From: Octopus bimaculoides
Lineage: Eukaryota
DNA length: 37,703 nt
Reading direction: 5' to 3'
NCBI RefSeq assembly: GCF_001194135.2
Contig: NC_068994.1
Coordinates: forward strand, 10,894,473 to 10,932,175
The first letter of the stretch is position 1, and every line of letters starts with the position of its first letter. The notes beneath the pieces are model-generated. The model was not told the origin of the DNA, did not search any database, and saw only the letters and a program-made list of their open reading frames with translations. The translations under genes were made by a program, and so were the position numbers. Positions 21,158-32,846 of the stretch are shown here, one piece after another.

Positions 21158-22165
21158 AGGTGGTGAGCTGGTAGAATTGTTAGCACACTGGGCAAAATGC
21201 TTCGTGGTATTTTGTCTACCACTATGTTCTGAGTTCAAATTCCGCCGAGGTCAACTTTGCCTTTCATCCTTTCAGGGTCGATTAAATAAGCACCACTGGG
21301 GTCGATATAATTGACTTAATCCGTTTGTCTGTCCTTGTTTGTCCCTTTTGTGGGCAGTAAAGCCCCTTGTGGGCAGTAATGAAATAAGAATCGTTAGCGC
21401 ACCAGGCAAAATGCTTTTGCTCATCGCTATGTTCTGAGTTCAAATTCCACCAAGGTTAACTATGCCTTTCATCCTTTTAGGGTTGATAAATTAAGTGCCA
21501 GTGAAACACTGGGGTCGATGTAATTGACTAGTCCCTGCCCCACAAATTTCAGGCCTCGTGCCTATAGTAGAAAAGAATCATTAGCACACCAGGCAAAATG
21601 CTTAGCAGCATTTCTGCCGACATTACATTCTGTGTTCAAATTCCACCGAGGTCAACTTTGCCTTTCAACCTTTCCTGGTCGATAAATTAGTGGAGGCACA
21701 ATGGCCCAGTGGTTAGGGCAGCAGACTCGCGGTTTCGATTCCCAGACCGGGCATTGTGAGTGTTTATTGAGCGAAAACACCTAAAGCTCCACGAGGCTCC
21801 GGCAGGGGATGGTGGCGAACCCTGCTGTACTCTTTCACTACAACTTTCTCTCACTCTTACTTCCTGTTTCTGTTGTGCCTGTAATTCAAAAGGTCAGCCT
21901 TGTCACACTCTGTGTCACGCTGAATATCCCCGAGAACTACGTTAAGGGTACACGCGTCTGTGGAGTGCTCAGCCACTAGCACGTTAATTTCACTAGCAGG
22001 CTGTTCCATTGATCGGATCAACTGGAATCTTCGACGTCGTAAGCGACGGAGTGCCAACCAAAGGTCGATAAATTAAATACCAGTGAAACACCGAGATCAA
22101 TGTTATCGGCTATCCCCTTCCCCCAAAATTTCAGAAGCATTGTGCCTATAGTAGAAACGATTAGT
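21158..22165 (+). mobile_element. Head-to-tail trimer of SINE B units (B2, B1, B1); the third unit is split by a SINE C
   Basis: Three repeats of ttctg(a/t)gttcaaattcc...caactttgcctttca; junctions at 21390/21391 and 21577/21578. Confidence 0.88.
21690..22062 (+). mobile_element. SINE C with 13-bp TSD
   Basis: ggtcgataaatta at 21677-21689 and 22063-22075 flanks the element. Confidence 0.92.
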
Positions 22166-23375
22166 GTTACCATCACTATTGTAACTATCATGTATTGTCC
22201 TCTCTCCTCTATGTTGTTTGTTTATTTTCTCCCCTGTTGCTAACACTGTTGTTGATATTTATTAAATCTTCGTCATTTCTTTTCTTATAATTGTTATTAT
22301 TTCTGCTAATTTTTTTCCTGTTATCAATCGTTGTCTGTTTATCGTTTTCATTTTCTTTCATTACTGTCGCTGTTGTTATTGTTTCTTACTGTTATTCCTT
22401 ACTTTGTCGGCCTCAATATTTCTTTGTCCCGTTGCGATTGTTCTTGTTATTGCTGTCACTGTTAACGTCTGTTGATTGTTGTCACTCAAATTTTTTTAAT
22501 CTCCCTAGTCCTGCCAGCACTCTCACAGTTTCTTTTGTTACCGAGATTTAGTCGCCGTTGTTTACATTATTCCTTTATGGGGTAGTGGATCTCGAAGCGT
22601 ACATACAGCTCCTATATTATAACCTCCAAATCGCATCGTCTCGTACTGTCCCCAAAGTTTTTGTGAACCATTTCGTGGTTAATAAAGCAAACATTGTTGT
22701 TGTTTTTGTTATTATTATTATTATTATTATTATTGAGTAACAGAGCCTGTTTTGTTATTGTGTAGTTTCGCTTTGTTTTATTTTTATTTGTTTTTGTGTT
22801 GTTGTTGTTACTGTTGTTGGCGGCAGTTTGAGTTTACAAACAAGCTTTGTTGTATCAAACTATTCAAAACGCATGTAATATATATATATATAAGTAAATA
22901 TAAACAAACATTGAATGGTGCATGTTTGTGTACGCACACACACACACACACACACACATATATAAAGTGAGGGTACGATTGATAACAAGGTAGATGTACG
23001 AAGATTAAAAAAGGTAAGACAGACAGGGTGGAGAGAAGAAAAAAGAACAAGAACAATGAGACGGACGAGCAGACAGCTGGTGAGTCCAGAGAGAAAGGAG
23101 TGGGAGGAAGGGTGAGGCGAAAAGGGGGGGGGAGGAGTGGAGAGGGGGAAAAGGAGAGAGAGAAAGAAAGTGAAAGACGACTTGAAATAAACAAAGAAAC
23201 TGACGGGTGTATGTGTGTATGTATGTGTGTATGTATGTATGTGTGTATGTATGTATCTATCTATCTATCTGTATTAATGTTTGTTTTTATATTCAGTTAC
23301 AATAAAAACGATTTTATATTAATCTGATGGGTTACTCTATACTTTTGTTGAGTACAGATTTATTATTCTTCAACA

Positions 23376-23447
23376 AATAATATTGACAGTGACTTCGGAC
23401 GATGGCTTTGCTGGCCGAAAAACTTCGAAGTCACTGTCAGTAATATT
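23376..23447 (+). other. 72-nt hairpin whose loop resembles a decayed minimal hammerhead
   Basis: 22-bp stem (14 bp perfect: tgacagtgacttcg / cgaagtcactgtca); interior ggacga-t-ggc(tttgctg)gcc-gaaa-aactt. Confidence 0.55.
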
Positions 23448-24826
23448 CTTAAGAATGATAAGTATCTATCTCTCTGACACATACATGTACACACGCGGAT
23501 ATACGTGTGTGTATATAGATAGATAGATAGATGGATAGATAGATCAATAGATAGATAGTTAGATAGATCGATAGATACATCGATAGATAGTTAGATAGAT
23601 AGATAAATTGTGAGATAGATAGATAGATAGACACATGCATACAGGCGTGCCTATGTATGCGTATGCGTCTGTATGCCAGAAATGATATAACTTATTCATG
23701 TATGTAAATTTATCGATCTATCGCATGTGTATATATGCTATGCGAGATATATATATAGGTATATATATAAACAATTGCAAAACAATTGTTTATACAAAGT
23801 GTCTATATTTTTATGTATGTATATGTTCAAGTATATATTTTGAGCATATGCGTATGTGTGTATGCCTGTGTGTGCTGAANNNNNNNNNNNNNNNNNNNNN
23901 NNNNNNNNNNNNNNNNNNNNNNNNNNNNNNNNNNNNNNNNNNNNNNNNNNNNNNNNNNNNNNNNNNNNNNNNNNNNNNNNNNNNNNNNNNNNNNNNNNNN
24001 NNNNNNNNNNNNNNNNNNNNNNNNNNNNNNNNNNNNNNNNNNNNNNNNNNNNNNNNNNNNNNNNNNNNNNNNNNNNNNNNNNNNNNNNNNNNNNNNNNNN
24101 NNNNNNNNNNNNNNNNNNNNNNNNNNNNNNNNNNNNNNNNNNNNNNNNNNNNNNNNNNNNNNNNNNNNNNNNNNNNNNNNNNNNNNNNNNNNNNNNNNNN
24201 NNNNNNNNNNNNNNNNNNNNNNNNNNNNNNNNNNNNNNNNNNNNNNNNNNNNNNNNNNNNNNNNNNNNNNNNNNNNNNNNNNNNNNNNNNNNNNNNNNNN
24301 NNNNNNNNNNNNNNNNNNNNNNNNNNNNNNNNNNNNNNNNNNNNNNNNNNNNNNNNNNNNNNNNNNNNNNNNNNNNNNNNNNNNNNNNNNNNNNNNNNNN
24401 NNNNNNNNNNNNNNNNNNNNNNNNNNNNNNNNNNNNNNNNNNNNNNNNNNNNNNNNNNNNNNNNNNNNNNNNNNNNNNNNNNNNNNNNNNNNNNNNNNNN
24501 NNNNNNNNNNNNNNNNNNNNNNNNNNNNNNNNNNNNNNNNNNNNNNNNNNNNNNNNNNNNNNNNNNNNNNNNNNNNNNNNNNNNNNNNNNNNNNNNNNNN
24601 NNNNNNNNNNNNNNNNNNNNNNNNNNNNNNNNNNNNNNNNNNNNNNNNNNNNNNNNNNNNNNNNNNNNNNNNNNNNNNNNNNNNNNNNNNNNNNNNNNNN
24701 NNNNNNNNNNNNNNNNNNNNNNNNNNNNNNNNNNNNNNNNNNNNNNNNNNNNNNNNNNNNNNNNNNNNNNNNNNNNNNNNNNNNNNNNNNNNNNNNNNNN
24801 NNNNNNNNNNNNNNNNNNNNNNNNNN

Positions 24827-24862
<36 letters not shown>

Positions 24863-24937
24863 TATATGTGTATTTATGAATATTTCAAAATATCATTTAA
24901 ATGTATAACACGTATATACATAATTACATCCATCTAC

Positions 24938-24969
<32 letters not shown>

Positions 24970-25259
24970 TGTGTGTGTATATAATATTACATCATATTAT
25001 ATTATTTTTATATGTATAATATTACTTATATGTATAAATGCAGGTTGGGTACTCCGGGGTCTAACAAAGCCCAAGTTAACACTTTGTTTGTAGTAAGCAG
25101 CACAGTATATTATACATAAAAGATTTGCCCCTTCTTATTCTGCTCTTCACTGACTGGCTGGCGAACAAAAGCCGCCACCAGGCCCACGATTGACAACACA
25201 ATGAGCTCAACATTATTATCACTTTGTATCAGCAGTAGCAGTAGAAGACGAAACTGCAC

Positions 25260-26290
25260 CGACACCACCACCACCACCGCCATTGTCATGAACGCCGCCA
25301 CCACCACCACCACCATCACTACGACTGCATCCCCTCCATCGCCTTCGAAGCAACTACACCGCCGCCACCACCACTAGGGCCAGTACCAACCGTCAACACT
25401 AGCTCCGACACCATGATCAACAACGCCACCACCATCATCATCGCCGCCAAACACCACCGTCACCACCACCACCGTCACCACCACCACCGCCACTGCGTCC
25501 AATATCTCCAACTCCAGCATCGCCATTGCGACCACCGCCGCCACTATCCCTCCCCGACGCCACCATCACCGTCCGTCCGTCCACCCACNNNNNNNNNNNN
25601 NNNNNNNNNNNNNNNNNNNNNNNNNNNNNNNNNNNNNNNNNNNNNNNNNNNNNNNNNNNNNNNNNNNNNNNNNNNNNNNNNNNNNNNNNNNNNNNNNNNN
25701 NNNNNNNNNNNNNNNNNNNNNNNNNNNNNNNNNNNNNNNNNNNNNNNNNNNNNNNNNNNNNNNNNNNNNNNNNNNNNNNNNNNNNNCACCACCGTTACTA
25801 TCGCCACCACCACCTCCATCACCACTACCTCCAACACCACCAACACCACTACCTCCAACACCACTACCTCCAACACCACCACTGTCACTACCCCTACCTG
25901 ACACCACCATCATACGTCATCACCAGTGCCCCCACTACTACTACTACTACTACTACCCATACCACAACTAACAATACCTACGGAAGTCTTTTACACTTTC
26001 ACTATGATAATCAACTACAACACTAACAACAATTGACGATGACCACTAACAACATCACCATCGCCATAACAATAACAACAGCGGTCACTATACTGCAACC
26101 ATCGCTACCATCATTAGCTGCACTACCACCACTTATCATTAATACCTCCACTACATCCAGAACCACCACCACCACAACTACCACAACTACAAGCATCTTC
26201 ACACTCACCAAAGTGACAATGAGTACCACACACTACCACCTCAACTACAACATCACCACCACTACCACTACCACAACACTAGCTATCACC
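25260..26290. repeat. Degenerate (ACC/ACT/ATC)n trinucleotide low-complexity block
   Basis: Direct reading; source of the poly-T/H/V ORFs. Confidence 0.85.
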
Positions 26291-26609
26291 ACCAATGCAT
26301 GGGCAACTGCTGGTCTTCCACAAACAACCTTGTCCGGACTTGTGCCTTGGAGGTTAAGTTTCTAGGTGCAATCCCACGGTCATTTATGACCGAAGAGAGT
26401 CTTTACCCAATGGAACATCTACCTTTAAGTAGGGATAAGTATTACCTTTTGGTATTAATACAGCTTTTGTCGCTAATAATAATTTTTTAATTAGCTTGTT
26501 AACTCTTCGTGGCACAGTGATTTTATGTATCACTAGTAGAGATACATCGCTGTTATCTCCAGTGTCCGAGCATCCACCATTCACAAGAACATGGACGGTC
26601 AAAACCACA

Positions 26610-26649
26610 TGATTTATGGGGTTAGCACTGACACAGGTGGGTGATTTAT
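26610..26649. promoter_or_regulatory. Paired TGATTTAT(GG) Pbx-Hox-like sites in unique sequence
   Basis: TGATTTATGG at 26610-26619 and TGATTTATC at 26642-26650; TAAT-rich block at ~26470-26495. Confidence 0.25.
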
Positions 26650-26716
26650 CTCCCCCTAGCGATATAAGCAAGAGTGCTTTTATGCACCAAAAGGTCGTAT
26701 GAGAGTTTCTCTTTTA

Positions 26717-27109
26717 GTTGTTGTTGTTGTTGGCACTCCGTCGCTTACGACGTCGAGGATTCCAGTTGATCCGATCAGCACAAGAGCCTGCTCGTGAAAT
26801 TAACGTGCAAGTGGCCGAGCACTCCACAGACACGTGTACCCTTAACGTAGTTCTCGGGGATATTCAGTGTGACACAGTGTGACAAGGCTGACCCTTTGAA
26901 TTACAGGCACAACAGAAACAGGAAGTAAGAGTGAGAGAAAGTTGTGGTGGAAGAGTACAGCAGGGTTCGCCACCATCCCCTGCCGGAGCCTCGTGAAGCT
27001 TTAGGTGTTTTCACTCAATAAACACACACAACGCACGGTCTGGGAATCGAAACCGCGATCCTATGACCGTGAGTCCGCTGCCCTAACCACTGGGCCATTG
27101 CGCCTCCAC
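26717..27109 (-). mobile_element. SINE C, full length, (AAC)n tail
   Basis: Reverse complement of the family C consensus, from gttgttgttggcactccgtcgc to ccattgcgcctccac. Confidence 0.93.
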
Positions 27110-27473
27110 TACTGCTGTATTCTCTGTTCTAACACAACCTTTTGGTATTAAAGCTGCTTCTGTCCCAATCAATTATTTTGTAATAATAGAATTGTATATT
27201 ATACACTTTATTGTGTTGTGTTCTGCATATGATTCCTAGTTCATGGAAAAATTGTCTTATATAAAATCCAGTCTATGGTGCCAAAAATGGCTGGGGACTA
27301 CTGATTTTTAAACATAACATTTGTTCCATTATATTAACCCTTTGGAAACAGAACCTCATTTGGAGTTTCAGTGCCCAGAAGACAGAGCCCTTTTCACAAG
27401 CTCTAGAGAGGGCTTGCACTTAATTAAAAAAAAAAAAAAAATTATTAAAAAATAAAGTAATTACTTTACATAT

Positions 27474-27720
27474 TCTCTCTTTACTCTTTTACTCTTTTTT
27501 TTTGTTTTAGCCATTTGACTGCGGCCATGCTGGAGCACCACCTTTAGTTGAGCAAATCGGCTGAAGGACTTATTCTTTGTAAGCCTAGTACTTATTCTAT
27601 CGGTCTCTTTTGCNNNNNNNNNNATACACCAGTTACATCCTGGGGTCGTCTGCCACTATGTTCTGAGTTCAAATTCTGTCGAGAATTTCGGACCTTGTGC
27701 CCAGAGTAGAAAAGAATAAT
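27474..27720. mobile_element. SINE A tail (minus strand, to 27613) followed after a 10-N gap by SINE B fragments
   Basis: actcttttactc...tcggtctcttttgc; then ttctgagttcaaattctg and ggaccttgtgcccagagtagaaaagaa. Confidence 0.75.
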
Positions 27721-28067
27721 TCTCTTGTTCATTCCCCTTCTCCCTCTTTCTCTCCCTCCCTTTTCTAAAATAAATAAACAAATAAAATATGAAAAAATCT
27801 CATAGTCCCTTTCAATTTTGGGAGGGCACCACTGGGTCCTGAATATGGTCTTGTTTCACTTTGCAAAATTAGATACATCTTCTTTTATTGTTAAACATAT
27901 GGAGGCATCTGGTTTGAGGATAATTCATGTCATGTGATCACTTTCTCCTTTCCGCCATTAATTTTAAACATTATGCAAAATTAAAATGAAAAAATATAAT
28001 CTCCTACATCACTCTCAACATTATCACTATCTCAACTATCTCTCACAACCATTGTCTGTCTGTCCTT

Positions 28068-28139
<72 letters not shown>

Positions 28140-28140
<1 letters not shown>

Positions 28141-28288
28141 GCTGTGTGGTAAGTAGCTTGCTTACCAACCACATGTTTCAAGTTCAGTCCTACTGCATGG
28201 CACCTTGTGCAAGTGTCTTCTACTATAGCCTCGGGCTGACCGAAGCCTTGTGAGGGGATTTGGTTCACAGAAACTGAAAGAAGCTCAT

Positions 28289-28322
<34 letters not shown>

Positions 28323-28575
28323 NNNNNNNNNNNNNNNNNNNNNNNNNNNNNNNNNNNNNNNNNNNNNNNNNNNNNNNNNNNNNNNNNNNNNNNNNNNNNN
28401 NNNNNNNNNNNNNNNNNNNNNNNNNNNNNNNNNNNNNNNNNNNNNNNNNNNNNNNNNNNNNNNNNNNNNNNNNNNNNNNNNNNNNNNNNNNNNNNNNATA
28501 TATATATATATATATATATATACATATGTATGTGTGTGTGTGTATTTGTGTGTGTCTTTGTTTGTGCTCCCCCTG
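28140..28575 (+). mobile_element. SINE A head, microsatellite (gap) and truncated start of tail, between (ATCT)n and (CCTA)n arrays
   Basis: gctgtgtggtaagtagcttgc...gaaactgaaagaagctc; gtgtgtctttgtttgtgctccccc. Confidence 0.8.
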
Positions 28576-29277
28576 TCATTCTGTCCTTTTATCTATCTAT
28601 CTATCTACCTACCTACCTACCTACCTACCTACCTACATACCTACCTACCTACCTACCTACCTACCTACCTACCAACCAACCAGCCAACCTATCAATCTGT
28701 TGAAAGTGAGCAGATGGAAACTTCGAAACTACTATCAACCTTTTCCTATCAGAAAAGTTAATAAACATTTGCTCTACCAAAAATTATTCCGCAATCCTTC
28801 AGTTGAATGCTAAAAGCATTTTCATATAGAACAGTACATAAAAACAAACTTTAATAGGTGCATACATACATGCTCGTATGTGAATAATACATATGCGTGT
28901 CTTAATCAGAACACAATAAATTATGTTAATTTAACAAAAATATATTACTTTTGAAAAATATAACATCAAGTATTTTGCAGCTGTTATACTTTTATTTTAA
29001 ATTCAAAATTTTATTTCTATTTTTTTGTGAATTTTTCTACTATTTACAGGTGATGAAATCTCTAATTAATCAATTTTTGTATTTCTAAGTTTAGTTGATT
29101 ATGATATAAATATTTTATACAGGTGTAGTTATTGTAGTTGTGTGGTAAGAAGTTTGTTTGCCAACTATGTGATTCTGGGTTCACTCTCTCTCTCTCTCTC
29201 TCTCTCTGTGCTACTATACCCCAGGACAACCAAAACCCTTGTGAGTAGATATTGATAAATAGAAACTAGAAGAAGGT

Positions 29278-29321
<44 letters not shown>

Positions 29322-29349
29322 CACATACATACATCCATATGCATATGCA

Positions 29350-29960
29350 TTTATACTCTTTACTCTCTCTTTTACTCTTGTTTCAGTCGTTTGACTGCGG
29401 CCATGCTGGAGCACCGCCTTTACTCGAGCAAATCGACCCCAGGACTTATTCTTTGTTAGCCTAGTACTTATTCTGTAGGTCTCTTTTGCCAAACTGCTAA
29501 GTTACGGGGACGTAAACACACCAGCATCGGTTGTCAAGCTATGTTGGGGGGACAAACTAACACACAGACACATATATATACATATACATATATATGACAG
29601 GCTTCTTTCAGTTTCCTTATTTCTTTACTGCCCACAAGGGCCTACACACGGAGGGGACAAACAAAGACAGACAAACAGATTAAGTCAATTATATCGACCC
29701 CAGTGCGTAACTGGTACTTATTTAATTGACCCCGAAAGGATGAAAGGCAAAGTCGACCTCGGCAGAATTTGAACTCAGAACATGGATTCTTTCAGTTTCC
29801 GACTCGTTTCAGTTTCCGTTTACAACATCCAATCACGATGCTTTGGTTGGCCCGAGGCTATAATAGAAGACACTTGCCCAAGGTGCCACGCAGTGCGACT
29901 GAACCCGGAACCATGTGGTTGGTAAGCAAGCTACTTACCACACAGCCACTCCTGCACCTA
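29350..29960 (-). mobile_element. SINE A carrying a nested 5'-truncated SINE B2 (29617-29786)
   Basis: ttctttcagtttcc is duplicated at 29603-29616 and 29787-29800 around the B2 insert. Confidence 0.85.
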
Positions 29961-29971
29961 TACATAGATAT

Positions 29972-30190
29972 ATTCTTTTATTCTTTTACTTGCTTCAGTC
30001 ATTTGACTGTGGCCATGCTGGAGCACTGCCTTGAAGGGTTTTTGCTGAACAATTTGATTCCAGAACTTATTTTTAAGCCTAGTGCTTATTCTATTGGTCT
30101 CTTTGCCGAACCACTAAGTTACAGGGACATAAACACACCAAAACCAGTTGTCAAGCGATCATGCAGGGGACAAACACAGACACACGTAGA
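29972..30190 (-). mobile_element. SINE A-related 3' module variant
   Basis: tattcttttacttgcttcagtcatttgactgtggcc...gggacaaacacagacac. Confidence 0.75.
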
Positions 30191-30204
30191 TATATACTTA
30201 TCCA

Positions 30205-30640
30205 CATCATCATCTACTGTCCATTTGCCCATGCTGGCATGGGTTCAATGGTTTGACCAGGGCTGGTAAGCTGAGGGGCTGCACCAGATTCCAGTCTGAT
30301 TTGGCATGGTTTCTAAAGCTAGACGCCCACCATTCTGAGAGTGTAATGGGTGCTTTTACATGCCACCGGCACATGTGCCAGTTGCGTAGCACCAGTATCT
30401 GCCACGACTACGATTTCACTTGGCTTGATGGATCTTCCTTCTCAAGCACAACATAATGCCAAAAGTCTCGGTCATTTATCATTGCTTCTGTGAGGCCCAG
30501 TACTTGAAAAGTGTTTTTCACGTGCCACCAGCATGGGTGCTAGTTAAACGACACTGACAACAGCCACAGCTATGATTTCACTTTCCATGCATGGCATATC
30601 ACCAAAGTTCTTGTTCACTAGTCATTGCCTTTGTGAGGCC
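30205..30640 (-). mobile_element. Family D element with an internal ~150-bp duplication
   Basis: ttt(t)ac(a/g)tgccacc...gatttcactt...gtgaggcccagt occurs twice (~30350-30500 and ~30515-30640). Confidence 0.65.
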
Positions 30641-31012
30641 CAGTGTTTGAACGCACAACATAAAGACGGACGAAATACCGCTAAGCATTTTGCCCGGCGT
30701 GCTAACGTTTCTTATTTCTTTATTTCCCACAAGGGGCTAAACATAGAGGGGACAANNNNNNNNNNCGTGCTAACGTTTCTTATTTCTTTATTTCCCACAA
30801 GGGGCTAAACATAGAGGGGACAAACAAAGACAGACAAACGGATTAAGTCGATTACATCGACTCTAGTCCATAACTGGTACTTAATTTATCAATCCCGAAA
30901 GGATGAAAGGCAAAGTCGACCTCGGCGGAATTTGAACTCAGAACGTAATGGCAGACGAAATTCCGCTAAGCATTTCCCCCGGTGTGCTAACGTTTCTGCC
31001 AGCTCACCACCT
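30640..31012 (-). mobile_element. SINE B2 joined head-to-tail to a second B head
   Basis: Full B2 at ~30775-31012; junction gctaacgt|ttcttatttc at 30708/30709; ~58 bp duplicated across the 10-N gap. Confidence 0.85.
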
Positions 31013-31041
31013 TACCATAAACAATATTATTTCTGTGAAAA

Positions 31042-31260
31042 GAGTGGCGAGCTGGCAAAATCGTTAGGTCGCCAGGCAAAATGCTTAGCGGTATTTCGTC
31101 CGTCTTCATGTTCTGCGTTGAAATTCCATCAAGGTCAACTTTGTCTTTCATCCTTTCGGGGTTGATAAAGTTAGTACCAGATGAACACTGGGGTCAATGT
31201 AATCGACTTACCCTCTCCCTCGAACTTGCTGGCCTTGTGCCAAAATTTGAAATTAATATT
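31042..31260 (+). mobile_element. SINE B, divergent to the previous copy
   Basis: gtggcgagctggcaaaatcgttagg...tttcatcctttcggggttgataaag...ccttgtgccaaaatttgaaattaatatt. Confidence 0.82.
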
Positions 31261-31474
31261 GTTTCTATGAAACGTCGGAATGGAGAAGATGTAAAAGTTT
31301 CCTTCTTCGGAATTTTGAAAGGAACCTCATATATAAAGATACTAAACAGAGGGGGAATTTGTGGAATCGTTAGAGCGCTGGGGGAAAAAATCCTGCCTTA
31401 TTTCGTTATAGCTTTTTTACATCCTGAGTTCAAATACCGCTAAGGGTAACTTCGACGTTCATCTATTTACATAG

Positions 31475-31720
31475 CAGTGGAGGCTCTTAGCTTAGTGGTT
31501 AGGGTGTTGGGCTCATGATCGTAAGACTGTGGTTTCGATCCCTGGACTGTGCTACGCATTGTATTTTTGAGCAAAATACTTCATTTGACATTGCTCCATT
31601 CCTCTCAGTTGGCAAAAATGAGTAATCCTGCGACGAACCAGCGTCCCGTCGTCCAGGTGTGTAATTTGTACGCCATGGAAACCGGGAAACCGGCAACATC
31701 GAATGGTTGTTGGGGTCCAT
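31475..31720 (+). mobile_element. Older tRNA-headed SINE with a CORE-like central segment
   Basis: A-box-like tagcttagtggtt, B-box-like ggtttcgatccc, then ttgagcaaaatacttcatttgacattgctccattcctctcagttggcaaaaatgag, reminiscent of the MIR-type CORE domain. Confidence 0.55.
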
Positions 31721-32689
31721 CCGAGTAAAATAGGAATCAAAGAGGTCCATAGGAAGAACATGATTGAGAACTACTGCCTTTGCGTTCCTAGTTCAAATAT
31801 CTCTGGAACCAACTTCGCCCTTCAGCCCTTTACATTTTGATTCCAAATATCTCTGGAACCAACTTTGCCGTTCATCCCGGTACCTCCCGATTTCAAATAT
31901 TGTTGGGACCAGAAAGTATTAGTCAAGTACTAATGTCTATTTTAATTTTAAATTCTTATAATTTAACCTCTGTGTGAATAAAAATATACAAGGAAACATG
32001 ACACGACGTGCTCGAATCCCACCAAATTCATCTTAAATTTTCATTCTACGGTAGGGAAGGAGTAAATTAAAACAAAGTATGAATCAATTTCTGAGATTAA
32101 TTTATATCCTTATAAACCATCTTAGATGTGAATGGAATTAGAATAGAAGACTAATAAGAGATAACATTCTTCACCGATTCTATATCTTCACGGATTCTAT
32201 ATCTTTTATCAGGAGTTTTGAAAAATTCTTTAGCAACTGTTATACAGATCATACATATAGCACCATCACCATCACCATTTATATTGATCTCTTAAAGATT
32301 ATAGATCTTCATTATAAAAAGTTTTCTTTTTTTTTTTTGTGAAGAAACCGTTCATTACCAAGAACTTTTCTTGTTGTTTCATAAAAATAACGAAATCTAC
32401 TTCACAGTTTTAGATCCGCTTGGATTAATCGGATGAAAATATCTGGAGATAGAATTCATATAAGTTTTTGCTCTGAATGAGCAAATCTGTGGTCAAAAGA
32501 TACCAACAGATATCATCCCGCCTTTTCTCAATATCTAAGCAACTCAGCTTCAAGTATTCAATGTATCTTTTTCCTAGACTGGTGTTGTGTGGTTTCAGTG
32601 AATTTGTTTAATATATATAGATATATAGCATGTCAATCGACCAAAAGAGAACTGTTTCCTTAGTTGACATATTTGTAGTCTATGTTGAC

Positions 32690-32845
32690 AGGAGCAGGCA
32701 TGGATGAGTGATAAGAAACTTGCTTCTCAATCAATGATTCCAGGTTCAGATCAACTACGCGGAATTTGCTTAAGTGGTTTCTAGTATAGCCCCAGGCTGA
32801 CCAAAGCCTAGGGATTGGATCTCGCCGACGGAAACTGAAAGAAGC
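32690..32845 (+). mobile_element. SINE A head, strongly diverged
   Basis: ggagcaggcatggatgagtgataagaaacttgc...gacggaaactgaaagaagc. Confidence 0.65.
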
Positions 32846-32846
32846 T

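Noticed and set aside
25044-25092. Plus-strand candidate exon ending at gtaagc
   Set aside because: Poor polypyrimidine tract, 49 nt, no recognisable peptide.
32410-32600. Minus-strand ~60-codon open frame (GKRYIEYLKLSCLDIEKRRDDICWYLL)
   Set aside because: No start codon or good splice sites; resemblance to a CR1/L2 C-terminus is too weak to call.
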